From an uncultured virus (IMG/VR IMGVR_UViG_3300047094_001104) (lineage: Duplodnaviria; Heunggongvirae; Uroviricota; Caudoviricetes): a DNA stretch of 64,000 bases. This document shows, piece after piece, positions 47,615 through 56,808 of this stretch. The notes under the pieces were generated by a model. That model was not told the origin of the DNA and did no database searches. It was given only the letters and a program-made list of their open reading frames with translations. The stretch lies in IMG/VR virus record IMGVR_UViG_3300047094_001104. One strand, 5' to 3'. The stretch's first letter is position 1; each line of letters opens with the position of its first letter. A program made the translations under genes and the position numbers.

Positions 47615-47824
47615 TTATCTGATCAATTCTATGTCTAGTGTACGGTTGATCACTAAACTGGCCCTTATCGTGACAACGCTTTGACCAGTTTGGCCAGACA
47701 CAAATATGTAGTGACCCAGCAATGTGGCCCTGTCCAATATGTCTGGACTAGCTTTGGGCTCCCGGAGTCCATTGGGGCTAGCGAATGAAAGAACGGCAGA
47801 CCGCTCCCTTTTACTGTCGATCAC
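47615..47824 (-). CDS. Small virion-associated protein
   Basis: 69 aa, coupled to the upstream gene (GTGA overlap). Confidence 0.6.
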   Translation of the reverse strand: MIDSKRERSAVLSFASPNGLREPKASPDILDRATLLGHYIFVSGQTGQSVVTIRASLVINRTLDIELIR

Positions 47825-48681
47825 GAGGCTTCTCCCTTCGTGAAGGTGACTCCGTCATCTCCCACGGTTTCGGTAGAAACCACCGTCGTAGTATCATCTG
47901 CGTAAAGCTTACGCTGGGATGAAGTGGCTGTGGCCTTATTGCGTGCCCACATAAATAACCAAACAAGCTTATCTTTAAGTGACGATGTCGCTGCTGGTGG
48001 GGAGGAAAGCTCGCCAAATGTATCCACTGAGAGGACATCAAGAACTTGAGCGTTCACTTGAGCAGGAGTCGCCAGTGGGGAAGTCGCCGCTGTGATTGCT
48101 GCCTCAACGAGTGACTGATCGGCGGGATCAGTAGGCAAGTTAGTAGTCTTTGCCTTGATCGCGATAATGTCTGTACTGGCAGTCAGTCCATCAGGTTGCA
48201 CATCATGTACGTCTGCAGCGATGTGATTGGCCCCAGTCACTTTTACCTCACGCCCGTTAGTTCCATCGCTGATTATCAGCAGATCACCGAATGAGTCTGC
48301 TGTGAATGTTTCTGTGGTCAGTGTATTCCAGATCGCGAGACGACTAGCGGAGTCCAGTTCCACTGCTCCTGCATGGACAGCACGAACTGAAAATTGATTG
48401 ACGTAAGTCGCGGAACTTGTCGTCGTTCCAGTGACAGCCGCAGACTCTTCGAACTGATATGTGTCCCCCTCGACTTCACCAGCAGGATTATACGAGCAAT
48501 CGTAAAGCCCAGATGTGGCTGATCGCTTTGTGATCGTAACGGAATCCGCGACTGAAGATCCGTTTTTCCGCACAGCAACGGACGGCGTGGAATCAGCATC
48601 CTTGAGCACTTGCGTGTCTGGATTTCGCGTTTGAATTGTCCAATACAAAACCCCACCGATGTGAAGAATCGTTGGTCTCAT
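47821..48681 (-). CDS. Putative virion structural protein
   Basis: Ig-like N-terminus (DADSTPSV.V..NG..GLY), AKTTNLPTDPADQS, LKDKLVWLF C-terminus. Confidence 0.6.
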   Translation of the reverse strand: MRPTILHIGGVLYWTIQTRNPDTQVLKDADSTPSVAVRKNGSSVADSVTITKRSATSGLYDCSYNPAGEVEGDTYQFEESAAVTGTTTSSATYVNQFSVRAVHAGAVELDSASRLAIWNTLTTETFTADSFGDLLIISDGTNGREVKVTGANHIAADVHDVQPDGLTASTDIIAIKAKTTNLPTDPADQSLVEAAITAATSPLATPAQVNAQVLDVLSVDTFGELSSPPAATSSLKDKLVWLFMWARNKATATSSQRKLYADDTTTVVSTETVGDDGVTFTKGEAS

Positions 48682-49466
48682 CCGATCACCTGCTGACTCA
48701 TTGGGTGTTGTGGCTTGTTTGATCCGATGGATAATGGCACATCACCCATGCCCCAGTCCTGACTCAGTGCATTTGCAATTTGGTGGAATTCCAACAGCGT
48801 AGCCGTGGACGGCATCGTGCCATATATCACCTGCGAGATTCCGCCTGCGAACAGGTTAACTCCTGATACGTATCCACCAAACGAAAAACTCCCGCTGCCT
48901 CCTGATGTTGCACTGATCTTTCTGGCAGCGCCTCCGCAGCCCGTCGTTACCATTGATGTCGGTTTTGTAGCTGATCCGTCGATCAATAACCCTAACACGA
49001 ACCTTCCTGTTGCTGATGCGTTAGTGGCAGTGAACGTCGGATTCTGGCACTCAAGATTGGCGCTTGAAAGATATACCTGTGATGGAATGTCAGACGCTCG
49101 CGAAAATATCGTTCTGGCACCTGATGTTGATGTAGCGTGTACTGCTGCAAGCAAAAACCGAAGTGATGATGTCCCAGATGGTGCCCCAGTCGCACTCATC
49201 AGCATCAAGTCATCAGTTCCGTCAAACTGCAAAGCCGGATAACCACTTGCGGAGAAGTTGGCCCGATACACTGGCCGATTAGCGTCGGCAGTCGACCTCA
49301 CAGCATCTGCAGTGCTGCTACCATATCCTGTCCCGACCAGCACCGCCACAGGATCGCCGTCAGCAACACTGACAGTTTTTCCGGTGTTCTGATATTTTGT
49401 TCCGGCCGCCGAAAAGTCGAAAAAGATCGATGCGGAGTATCGTGTTAACTCGGAGTAGACTGTCAT
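48678..49466 (-). CDS. Concanavalin A/LamG-like domain virion protein
   Basis: DGDPV..RPVY...GYPALQFDGTDD..F.GGISQV; ATG 49466 follows GGAGG SD. Confidence 0.65.
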   Translation of the reverse strand: MTVYSELTRYSASIFFDFSAAGTKYQNTGKTVSVADGDPVAVLVGTGYGSSTADAVRSTADANRPVYRANFSASGYPALQFDGTDDLMLMSATGAPSGTSSLRFLLAAVHATSTSGARTIFSRASDIPSQVYLSSANLECQNPTFTATNASATGRFVLGLLIDGSATKPTSMVTTGCGGAARKISATSGGSGSFSFGGYVSGVNLFAGGISQVIYGTMPSTATLLEFHQIANALSQDWGMGDVPLSIGSNKPQHPMSQQVIG

Positions 49467-49467
49467 T

Positions 49468-50046
49468 TCAAACAGCCTCCAACGCATCAAGCATTGTCCG
49501 CATTTCGTTGATCTTTTCAGGTTGCTCTGATGTGCCGACAGCGTTTTCAAATGCGTCGTAAAGTGACCGGCGTTCGTTTCGCGCTGCTGTCAGTGCTGCC
49601 TCGGTTTCCGCAGCCTGTCTTTGTGCTGCAAATTGCTCAACAGTCAGTTCCTTGTACGGCCTGCCACCATCCAGAGCATAGAACGAATCAACCAAAGCGG
49701 CGGCATCCGGAGCGGCCTGAGTAAGCCCCTGAATGATTTGCCACACAAGACCAGCCCATGTAGGGACCGTCGTCAGCAGGTTCTGAGCACCATCACCAAA
49801 AACAGCACTCCAGAAGATTCCGAGCTGCTGTTTCGTCTCATCCGGAGTCGATGGTGATTCTATCACCTGCTGAATCGCCCCACCCATTGTTGTTGGGCTC
49901 GATCGGAACCACAGTAGATTCTCCCGGAGCCACACGCGAACAGCATCTACAGCGATGTTTGACACAGTCAAAGTATGCAGAACGGCCACGATTTCCGCGT
50001 CAGTTCCGGTCAAATTCAACGACTGAGCTTTTTCGTAACCGTTCAT
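49468..50046 (-). CDS. Hypothetical protein
   Basis: GGGGG SD before ATG 50046; the ORF-track extension overlaps a terminator and promoter motif. Confidence 0.65.
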   Translation of the reverse strand: MNGYEKAQSLNLTGTDAEIVAVLHTLTVSNIAVDAVRVWLRENLLWFRSSPTTMGGAIQQVIESPSTPDETKQQLGIFWSAVFGDGAQNLLTTVPTWAGLVWQIIQGLTQAAPDAAALVDSFYALDGGRPYKELTVEQFAAQRQAAETEAALTAARNERRSLYDAFENAVGTSEQPEKINEMRTMLDALEAV

Positions 50047-50112
50047 AAATCCCCCAAATTCGACCAACAGCGGATCAACAGATCCGTATTTGTTCTCCAT
50101 AAGTAAATACGC

Positions 50113-50145
50113 AAAAAGGTCGCAGAGAGTTACTTCTGCGACCTT
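50113..50145 (-). terminator. Intrinsic terminator
   Basis: AAGGTCGCAGA-AGTAACTC-TCTGCGACCTTTTT on the minus strand. Confidence 0.8.
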
Positions 50146-50189
50146 CATTGTCCTGATTACTTAAGATTGACTTACCCCAGTTCTCCTGC

Positions 50190-51785
50190 TTACATAAATT
50201 TCTTGGAAAACTTGAGCTGACCACAATCCCACAACTTATAGAGCTTATGATCATAGCCAGTATTAGATGGGAATTTCATGCGATTAAACAAATTCTTACC
50301 ATCTGTCCATTTAAAGCTCTTAAAAGCCTTGCCCCTTACGAAGCCAAGCCCTTCCATATAGTCTCCAGTCCCATATCTCAAATCCACAAAGGAAATAAGC
50401 CCTTCGGGCTTAAACACCTCAGTAAAAAAGGAGAGGATCTTACTCAAACCGCCCACAATCGAATGGCCAACCTTGTTACAAAATCTGGAAATCTCCCAAT
50501 CGTTTCCCTTGACTCGACGAAGCCTCATTAGGCTTACTAACTCAGTACCATCATAAAGGCCGATGCATTCGCCCCGCCCCTGTCCCATGAGATGGTTGTC
50601 CTCTAAAAATTTGGCACCTTCTTTTTTACCGACTTGGCCAATTTTGAGCTTGCGAGCGAATAGGCGGGTACTCTTGCCAAGTTTGTTGAGGATGATAGAT
50701 TTAATTATATGGAACTTTTGAGTGACTTCATCTTCACCAAAGAATAGCGGTACGAATCCTTGCTCAATATAGAACTCTCTCTTCTTAACGTGATAGTCGT
50801 CCTTTTTGTGTAGTTCACTATGCCAATAAGTACCATTGAGTTCGATGGCCAAATTACCTATTGTGAAATCGGCATAATATCTGCCAATTTTTACCTGCTT
50901 GCTATACTCTATCCCAGCTTGCTTCAGCCAATCCTCGACTATTGCTTCTAGGGAACTAATTCGTGGGGTCATCTTAACAGCCAATTCCCACCCGTTCTCT
51001 TTTACTAGAACGCTAAATCGGGACCTAGAAAAGCCAGTTTCTTCTGCCCATTCTCTTTTGGTTCTGCCCTTATGAATAGCTAATATTCCTTTATCTATCT
51101 TGGTCTGTCTGCATTTCTTGATCCTATCCTTTCTCACCTCTGGCAACTTCATTAGATTATCTACGCCATACTTCTCTAGCATAGTTTGTCTAGACTTCTC
51201 TTTTACCGATTCTAGCTGGAACACATTGTCGACCCCAGTGACCTCCTTTGTTTTCTTGATACAATCTTCAGACCCGAGATATGTCTCTTTACCAAATCTC
51301 TCTTTGCACGTATTCTTCCTTTTCTCCTTGAACTCCTCAACCGAAGAAGCATTCTCAACACCATACTTCTTTAAGTTAGTCTCTTTAATCTTGTCTCTTA
51401 CCCCGTCTATATCCATTATCTTATCGACACCATATCTCTCCATCATGGTGTCTTTAACTTTATCCTTAATGGCCTGAGATTGTGATGGTCTTTCAACTCC
51501 ATACCTATCCAGATTTGTCTTAGTTAATTTATCCTTGGTAGACTTTAGCTCAAAAACATTTCTTACCCCAAGTTTGATAAAGTTAATATCGCCTATTTTT
51601 ATCATCCTACAGCTTCTACATGCGTCTTTATCCAGCATTGCATTTGACTTTACTCTTCGGCAGTGTGCATTGGTATACTCATTACTACAGTAATCACACT
51701 TAAGCCAGAGCATATTTTTTGAGTGCTTGCTAAGTGAAGTTTGTGAATAGCCAAATTCTTTAATTGTTTTGTCATCGAGCAGCAT
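50190..51785 (-). CDS. Putative homing endonuclease: K-rich YG repeats, DUF559/Hef-like nuclease, GNAT/Mom-like C-terminus
   Basis: Repeats like KETNLKKYGVEN; YADFTIGNLAIELNGTYWH; WEISRFC..GGLSKIL..SFVDLRYGTG..LGF..WDCG. Confidence 0.7.
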   Translation of the reverse strand: MLLDDKTIKEFGYSQTSLSKHSKNMLWLKCDYCSNEYTNAHCRRVKSNAMLDKDACRSCRMIKIGDINFIKLGVRNVFELKSTKDKLTKTNLDRYGVERPSQSQAIKDKVKDTMMERYGVDKIMDIDGVRDKIKETNLKKYGVENASSVEEFKEKRKNTCKERFGKETYLGSEDCIKKTKEVTGVDNVFQLESVKEKSRQTMLEKYGVDNLMKLPEVRKDRIKKCRQTKIDKGILAIHKGRTKREWAEETGFSRSRFSVLVKENGWELAVKMTPRISSLEAIVEDWLKQAGIEYSKQVKIGRYYADFTIGNLAIELNGTYWHSELHKKDDYHVKKREFYIEQGFVPLFFGEDEVTQKFHIIKSIILNKLGKSTRLFARKLKIGQVGKKEGAKFLEDNHLMGQGRGECIGLYDGTELVSLMRLRRVKGNDWEISRFCNKVGHSIVGGLSKILSFFTEVFKPEGLISFVDLRYGTGDYMEGLGFVRGKAFKSFKWTDGKNLFNRMKFPSNTGYDHKLYKLWDCGQLKFSKKFM

Positions 51786-51838
51786 GATTTTCCTTTTTCT
51801 ACGCCAAATTCGGAGATGCCAGCAAATCCATTATAGCC

Positions 51839-51874
51839 AAAAAAAATCGCAGAAGCGATTAACTTCTGCGACTT
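51839..51874 (-). terminator. Intrinsic terminator after the major capsid gene
   Basis: GTCGCAGAAG-TTAATCG-CTTCTGCGAT followed by a T-run on the minus strand. Confidence 0.85.
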
Positions 51875-51898
51875 TAGTTTGATTAGGCCAAAATTCTC

Positions 51899-52903
51899 TT
51901 AGAGAGAACCCAGCAAAATGCGACGGTTGTCTAATGCTGCGAAGCCAAGCTCGCAATTTCCGAAGAACGAAACTCTTCCCTGACGGAAGTAGCTAGGATC
52001 TGGGTAGATCATAACTTCCTGCCGAACAGGCATGATGAAGGAGTCTCGGCTAGTCATATCAAGACCAACAACCAACTCTACGTCGCTTGATGGGCCAAGG
52101 GCACCAGAAAGCTGACTAGTAAAGTAGGACTGATACTCCTGTGACTCACCAAGCTCGTCCATAGCATGGAGGTTGATACCGAAAATTCGGGTAATAGCAC
52201 CATCGTCGCTAGCGACGTAGATTTCTCTACGAGTCGTTTCGTCAACAATGTCCACGCCCCAGTTTCGAATATCTTCCAGAGCTTCTGGGCTAAGATAGAT
52301 ATCGGTCAATCGACCGCGAGAGATAGAGCCAGAGTTACCCCCAGCATTTCTTCGCATAACCGACTTCATAAGAGAAACCAATCTCTTAGTGAACTGACCA
52401 GCAGCAGCGTCAGCATCATATACCATGATGTTTCGGTCTACGCCAGCGGCAAGCAGAACGTGCCAAGCATCGTCGTTAATCTTCTTAACGAAGCCAGCTT
52501 CCAGCACCTTCATAGCACGACCAGCAACATCCCAGCGGGCGTCACGGGCATATCGTGCCAAGAAGTCAATTGAGTTAGCGATACCATAGGTCGGAACCTG
52601 AATGTAGTCGCCTTCAACTGCTCGTTCTGGAATCCGACCATGGCCGGGATTCGTATAGGCTACGAAGTCAACTTCGTCGCCGGGATTCAACAGGTCGAGT
52701 GGGAACTCGGCTGTAGAATTGCCATCAAGTGTAAGCTTCTCAAAGATAGGAGCAGTAACGTCTCCCACCAAGATAGCTTCGCGGAGAGGAGTCTGAAGAG
52801 CTTTCGCCATCTGCTCCTGACCAGCATATGCTACAGATGGCGACGTATCGCCAGACTGCTTAAGCATTTCAATGAACTCTGGATTCGGCTTAGTGAACGA
52901 CAT
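51899..52903 (-). CDS. Major capsid protein (HK97-fold)
   Basis: About 334 aa after the protease/scaffold and decoration genes; E-loop-like VAYTNPGHGRIPER; C-terminal ELGFAALDNRRILLG; strong SD and terminator. Confidence 0.88.
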   Translation of the reverse strand: MSFTKPNPEFIEMLKQSGDTSPSVAYAGQEQMAKALQTPLREAILVGDVTAPIFEKLTLDGNSTAEFPLDLLNPGDEVDFVAYTNPGHGRIPERAVEGDYIQVPTYGIANSIDFLARYARDARWDVAGRAMKVLEAGFVKKINDDAWHVLLAAGVDRNIMVYDADAAAGQFTKRLVSLMKSVMRRNAGGNSGSISRGRLTDIYLSPEALEDIRNWGVDIVDETTRREIYVASDDGAITRIFGINLHAMDELGESQEYQSYFTSQLSGALGPSSDVELVVGLDMTSRDSFIMPVRQEVMIYPDPSYFRQGRVSFFGNCELGFAALDNRRILLGSL

Positions 52904-52914
52904 CAAATTACCCC

Positions 52915-53364
52915 TTATAGATTGATTGAAACCTTGGCGAAACCATCAGCGTCCTTAGAACTAAGGAACTGACCGACCTTCAGAGCCCCAGCGGCCTGAG
53001 TGGCACTAATAAGACCAGTACCAGCAAGATAAGCATCTTGACCACCGGCTGGTGTACCAGAGATAGCGTCAGTAGTGACGAATCCCTTACGCAAGATAGT
53101 AATCTTGCCACCCTTCTGGACTTCATCCTTGTGCTGGTTCAAGTGCTGACGAGTCAGGTCAAGGTTGACCATATCATTCAGCAGAACCCCGAGAGGATAT
53201 GCTCCAGATGGATTCGCTTTTACTGTCGCCAAAGCTACAGCACTATCCATAGCGGCACCTGAGCCCGCCGTACTTACAGAAACAACCAAACCACGAGTAG
53301 CAGTTTCATTCATGAAAAATGAAATGTCTGTGTCTAGCTCGTAACGATCACCCTTTAGTGACAT
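52915..53364 (-). CDS. Capsid decoration/cement protein
   Basis: About 150-aa beta-tulip-like protein between the scaffold and capsid genes; ends GFAKVSINL. Confidence 0.75.
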   Translation of the reverse strand: MSLKGDRYELDTDISFFMNETATRGLVVSVSTAGSGAAMDSAVALATVKANPSGAYPLGVLLNDMVNLDLTRQHLNQHKDEVQKGGKITILRKGFVTTDAISGTPAGGQDAYLAGTGLISATQAAGALKVGQFLSSKDADGFAKVSINL

Positions 53365-53374
53365 GCCTTACCCC

Positions 53375-54694
53375 TTATTTCGAATTTTTTGTGGACTGAA
53401 GGACACTAGCACGCAGCCATTGTGAGGCAACGCTTATCTTGTCAGCAACAGAATCTTCAACTACTACAACTGCTGGTTCATCAACCTCGGTTACAGTTTC
53501 TAGAGCTTCAGTTTCTGTCTCGACTTCGACTTCAACCGACTCAGTGTCCGTAACAGGGGTCGGCTTAACAATTAGAGCTACTACTACATCGAACATCTCG
53601 TCAGTAGCATCTGCAAATTTAGAGAGCAACTCTGTTGCTTTATCTTCGGTTGCACCAGCAGTGACAAGAGCGTTCTTTCTTGCAGCAGCTTTCACTTCAG
53701 AAACCATCTTCTGGATCTCCTGACTTAGGGTCAGTTTCTCCTGAGAAATAGTCGCGATAGTGGCTTCTAGTTCATTTACTTTCGTCTCAAGCGAAGTGAT
53801 AGTGGCCTTATGACCACTGACTTCTGTCGCTAGAGTGCTCGCAGTAGCCTTCTCTGTGGAGAGAGCCTCTTTCAAGGCGTTGACTTCTGCTAGTTGCACT
53901 GAATTATCTTCAGGCATCACTACCTCCATAGCCAATGTGGAAAAAGTATCTACGGGCTTGAATGGGTTAACTTCCTTCGGGAGGATAACACTTCTTGGAT
54001 TTGCTGGCTTATCTACAAGACCCTTACCAGAAAAATATAGGTCTCTCAACAAGCGGCCAATTTTGTAGCCCTCATACGATCCAGTGCCACCATAAGCCCG
54101 CAAATGCTTGGTGAGGAACGCAGAGTTTTCGTCTCTAGCTATAACTTTTTGTGAACCATCAGGTTCAACAACTGCATAATCGAAGTTTCGAAATACGCAT
54201 TCCATAGATACAGCTAATTGACCCTCATCGATTTTAGCAATCAAGTCATTGACTCGAATGGACTGGTCGGGGTCGCCCCAAGTCTTATAAATAACGGCGG
54301 AAGTAACTAGGTCCATCTTATCTGGAAGAGGAACTTCGTTAATAATGGCACCATCCTCACCCATTGCGGCTGAAGAAATCATATGTCCAATGATGTCTGT
54401 CTCATCGTGCATATAATTGAATGGCTTGTCGACTGGTGTTTCGCGTGCCGCCCATAGGTCTGCTACGTCAAAGACATCGTCGTTTTTATTCCATCCCGCC
54501 GATACTAGAATGGAATTTAGATAGTAAAGATCTGCTTGAACTGGTCTATCACTAATTGAAGCTAGTGTTATTCCAGCTATCTCAGAATCTCCACTAAGTA
54601 ACTGCGTGCTAGTAATTGGGCAGACCATAGCAACACTAACGCTCTTAAGAGCGTCAGATAAGTTGTCTAATTTTTCAGCTTCATATACTTGCAT
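53375..54694 (-). CDS. Prohead protease fused to a coiled-coil scaffold
   Basis: NKNDDVF, KPFNYMH..IIGH, VSMEC, FSGKGLVDKPANP; acidic coiled-coil C-terminus. Confidence 0.85.
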   Translation of the reverse strand: MQVYEAEKLDNLSDALKSVSVAMVCPITSTQLLSGDSEIAGITLASISDRPVQADLYYLNSILVSAGWNKNDDVFDVADLWAARETPVDKPFNYMHDETDIIGHMISSAAMGEDGAIINEVPLPDKMDLVTSAVIYKTWGDPDQSIRVNDLIAKIDEGQLAVSMECVFRNFDYAVVEPDGSQKVIARDENSAFLTKHLRAYGGTGSYEGYKIGRLLRDLYFSGKGLVDKPANPRSVILPKEVNPFKPVDTFSTLAMEVVMPEDNSVQLAEVNALKEALSTEKATASTLATEVSGHKATITSLETKVNELEATIATISQEKLTLSQEIQKMVSEVKAAARKNALVTAGATEDKATELLSKFADATDEMFDVVVALIVKPTPVTDTESVEVEVETETEALETVTEVDEPAVVVVEDSVADKISVASQWLRASVLQSTKNSK

Positions 54695-54710
54695 TGGTTA
54701 CCTCATAATT

Positions 54711-54720
54711 TAAATACGCA
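54711..54720 (-). promoter_or_regulatory. Putative late promoter TGCGTATTTA
   Basis: Identical 10-mers at 50104-50113 and 38400-38409; variants at 35008, 33708, 56781 and 62167, each upstream of a gene. Confidence 0.6.
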
Positions 54721-54746
54721 GCTATTGTAAGTTTTCTGCTTTTTTC

Positions 54747-56741
54747 TTAAAATTCTTCGTAAGCATATGCTAAGCAGTTTATTTGACGTGCCTCATCAAT
54801 AGTCGGCTGTCTATTATGAGTCGCCAAAAAGTTTCGGTAAAAAGGATGGGCGTCTATTTTCTTCTTTTTCTCCATGGCCTCGGCCACGGACTCAGTATCT
54901 ACTAGAGAGAATGGTTCTAGTCCACAAAGGGTCACGAACTTAATCTCCTCTAATTCGGCCTGCTGGGCCGTTGTCAGTTCTCGTAGAGAACTACACCCAT
55001 ACTGAGAAAGCATAACTGGATTAAGTATGGCCGAAATCTTCTTCTGGGCCTCTGTGGTCCACAAGATAGTACTAGCCAAATCTGCCTTGCTCTTAGGGAG
55101 GACTCTCCTCTGCTTCCTAGGACCAGCATCCTTTTTGAACAAAGGTCGGCCATTATCTTTTACCGGCTTCTTTCCGGCAGGATTTCCAACTCCGGGCTGG
55201 ACAGGAGGCTTTCTTGCCTTATAATCTGTCACATCTTCAATGCTGAGTGTGTCTTTGGTGAGGGCCAATTTCACAAACTCAGACTCGACGTTGCCGTTAT
55301 GGAATGGATCAGATTTAGGTGGCAATTTACGCTTCTTTCTGTCTTTTTCTTCTTTGGCGATTCGTGACTCTTCAATGTCGTTAGACTCGCCGAATCTCTC
55401 TCGAAGGGTTTCAGCCGAGATGATGTGCCGATCTGACAATTGAATCCAGAGGTTCTTTTCAGCCGCCTCATCTGACAGGATCATATTGTCAAAGCGGAGT
55501 TCCGCTGGAGATGGGAAGCCCATAGCAGTAGCGATAGACTCAAACTCTAGCCTCCAGAAGTTCTCTAGGAGGCCTCGGCCATACTCAAGCTTCTCAATGA
55601 GGGTCTTAAGGCTCAGGTAATTATTAGTGAAACCCCCACCAGAGGAGGTCCCGGTCATGGTTTGTGGGACTCCTAGTCCCCCATATACAGCGTTAAGTAC
55701 TGGGCCGTACTTCTCGCTACCTAAGAAGTGGTAAATTTGGCTAGTAGATTCTTTGAAATCAAGCTCTGGACCCCAGACTAGGTCCATAGTTCCGCCACCA
55801 ACATTACTAGCTAGTACATCTCTGAGCTTATCTACGGCTGCTCTAGTTGGGGCGATTTTATGCTCTAGGCTACCCAATCGCCATAGTCGTATATTAGAGA
55901 TGGCCCCATCTAAAGCCGACATATCTGCCAGCTTCATCTTCTCCATCATAGTAATATCATCTAAGATGGCATGAATCATTGGGTTGGCCCATACGTCCCA
56001 ATCATCCTTCTTGTAATGATAGAGTGATAGACGCTCTGAGTCTAAGGGGATAAACTCGGCACCATCTAGAATCATCTTTCTAGTCTTAGGGTCTACGTCC
56101 TTTAGGAAAGATGGGTCAGCCTTCTTATTGGCGATAGCATTCTTGGTCTTGGAAGAAATCCTAATCTTGTAGCTCTTCTCCCCGCCGAAGATGTCAGAAT
56201 AGTCCCCATCTGCCTCAACAACTAGTGGATTGAGAAAGTCATACCTGAATGGGATAACTCTCTTTTCAGCCCTCGACATATCCTTCTGGTCAGATTTAGT
56301 AATTTTACCGTTGGCTTTATAGACAACGACGTTGCCAAGTCTGTATAGGTAGTTGAGGAAACGTTCAGAACGTTCAGCTCCATTGACCTTCTGCCACCAT
56401 CTACGATAGAATCGCTCTATGTTCTTGTTAGTATGGGAGATCCTAATACCTTGAGAGGCAAAATCCCCCATCAAATCAATAACCTGCTTGATAAGGCCAA
56501 CATTATTGTAAGCCTTAACGCACTTTCGCATGATGCCCTTAGCATCACCCTCTGGAGACTCTGAAGGGCGGAACCCATAATAGTCTTCCCGATTGTACTC
56601 ATCGCGAACCGATATGTTGGGCTCTAGCGATAGGTATCTACGATTACTAGCAGAAGTGCTCATCAACCCGGTGTATGAGGCTAAAGCCTCATCTTGGAGA
56701 ATCGCGTTAGTTGTCTGTGGAACACTCTTTTTTACTGCCAT
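54747..56741 (-). CDS. Portal protein
   Basis: Follows the terminase; Y..VGLIKQVIDLM, GNVVVY, LGVP, ISAETL; Pro/Lys-rich C-terminal extension. Confidence 0.85.
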   Translation of the reverse strand: MAVKKSVPQTTNAILQDEALASYTGLMSTSASNRRYLSLEPNISVRDEYNREDYYGFRPSESPEGDAKGIMRKCVKAYNNVGLIKQVIDLMGDFASQGIRISHTNKNIERFYRRWWQKVNGAERSERFLNYLYRLGNVVVYKANGKITKSDQKDMSRAEKRVIPFRYDFLNPLVVEADGDYSDIFGGEKSYKIRISSKTKNAIANKKADPSFLKDVDPKTRKMILDGAEFIPLDSERLSLYHYKKDDWDVWANPMIHAILDDITMMEKMKLADMSALDGAISNIRLWRLGSLEHKIAPTRAAVDKLRDVLASNVGGGTMDLVWGPELDFKESTSQIYHFLGSEKYGPVLNAVYGGLGVPQTMTGTSSGGGFTNNYLSLKTLIEKLEYGRGLLENFWRLEFESIATAMGFPSPAELRFDNMILSDEAAEKNLWIQLSDRHIISAETLRERFGESNDIEESRIAKEEKDRKKRKLPPKSDPFHNGNVESEFVKLALTKDTLSIEDVTDYKARKPPVQPGVGNPAGKKPVKDNGRPLFKKDAGPRKQRRVLPKSKADLASTILWTTEAQKKISAILNPVMLSQYGCSSLRELTTAQQAELEEIKFVTLCGLEPFSLVDTESVAEAMEKKKKIDAHPFYRNFLATHNRQPTIDEARQINCLAYAYEEF

Positions 56742-56808
56742 TTGCTTATTCCGATTGTAATTGAATTGTGCTTGCACAATTTAATACGATCGAGCTGACG
56801 TAGGAAGC

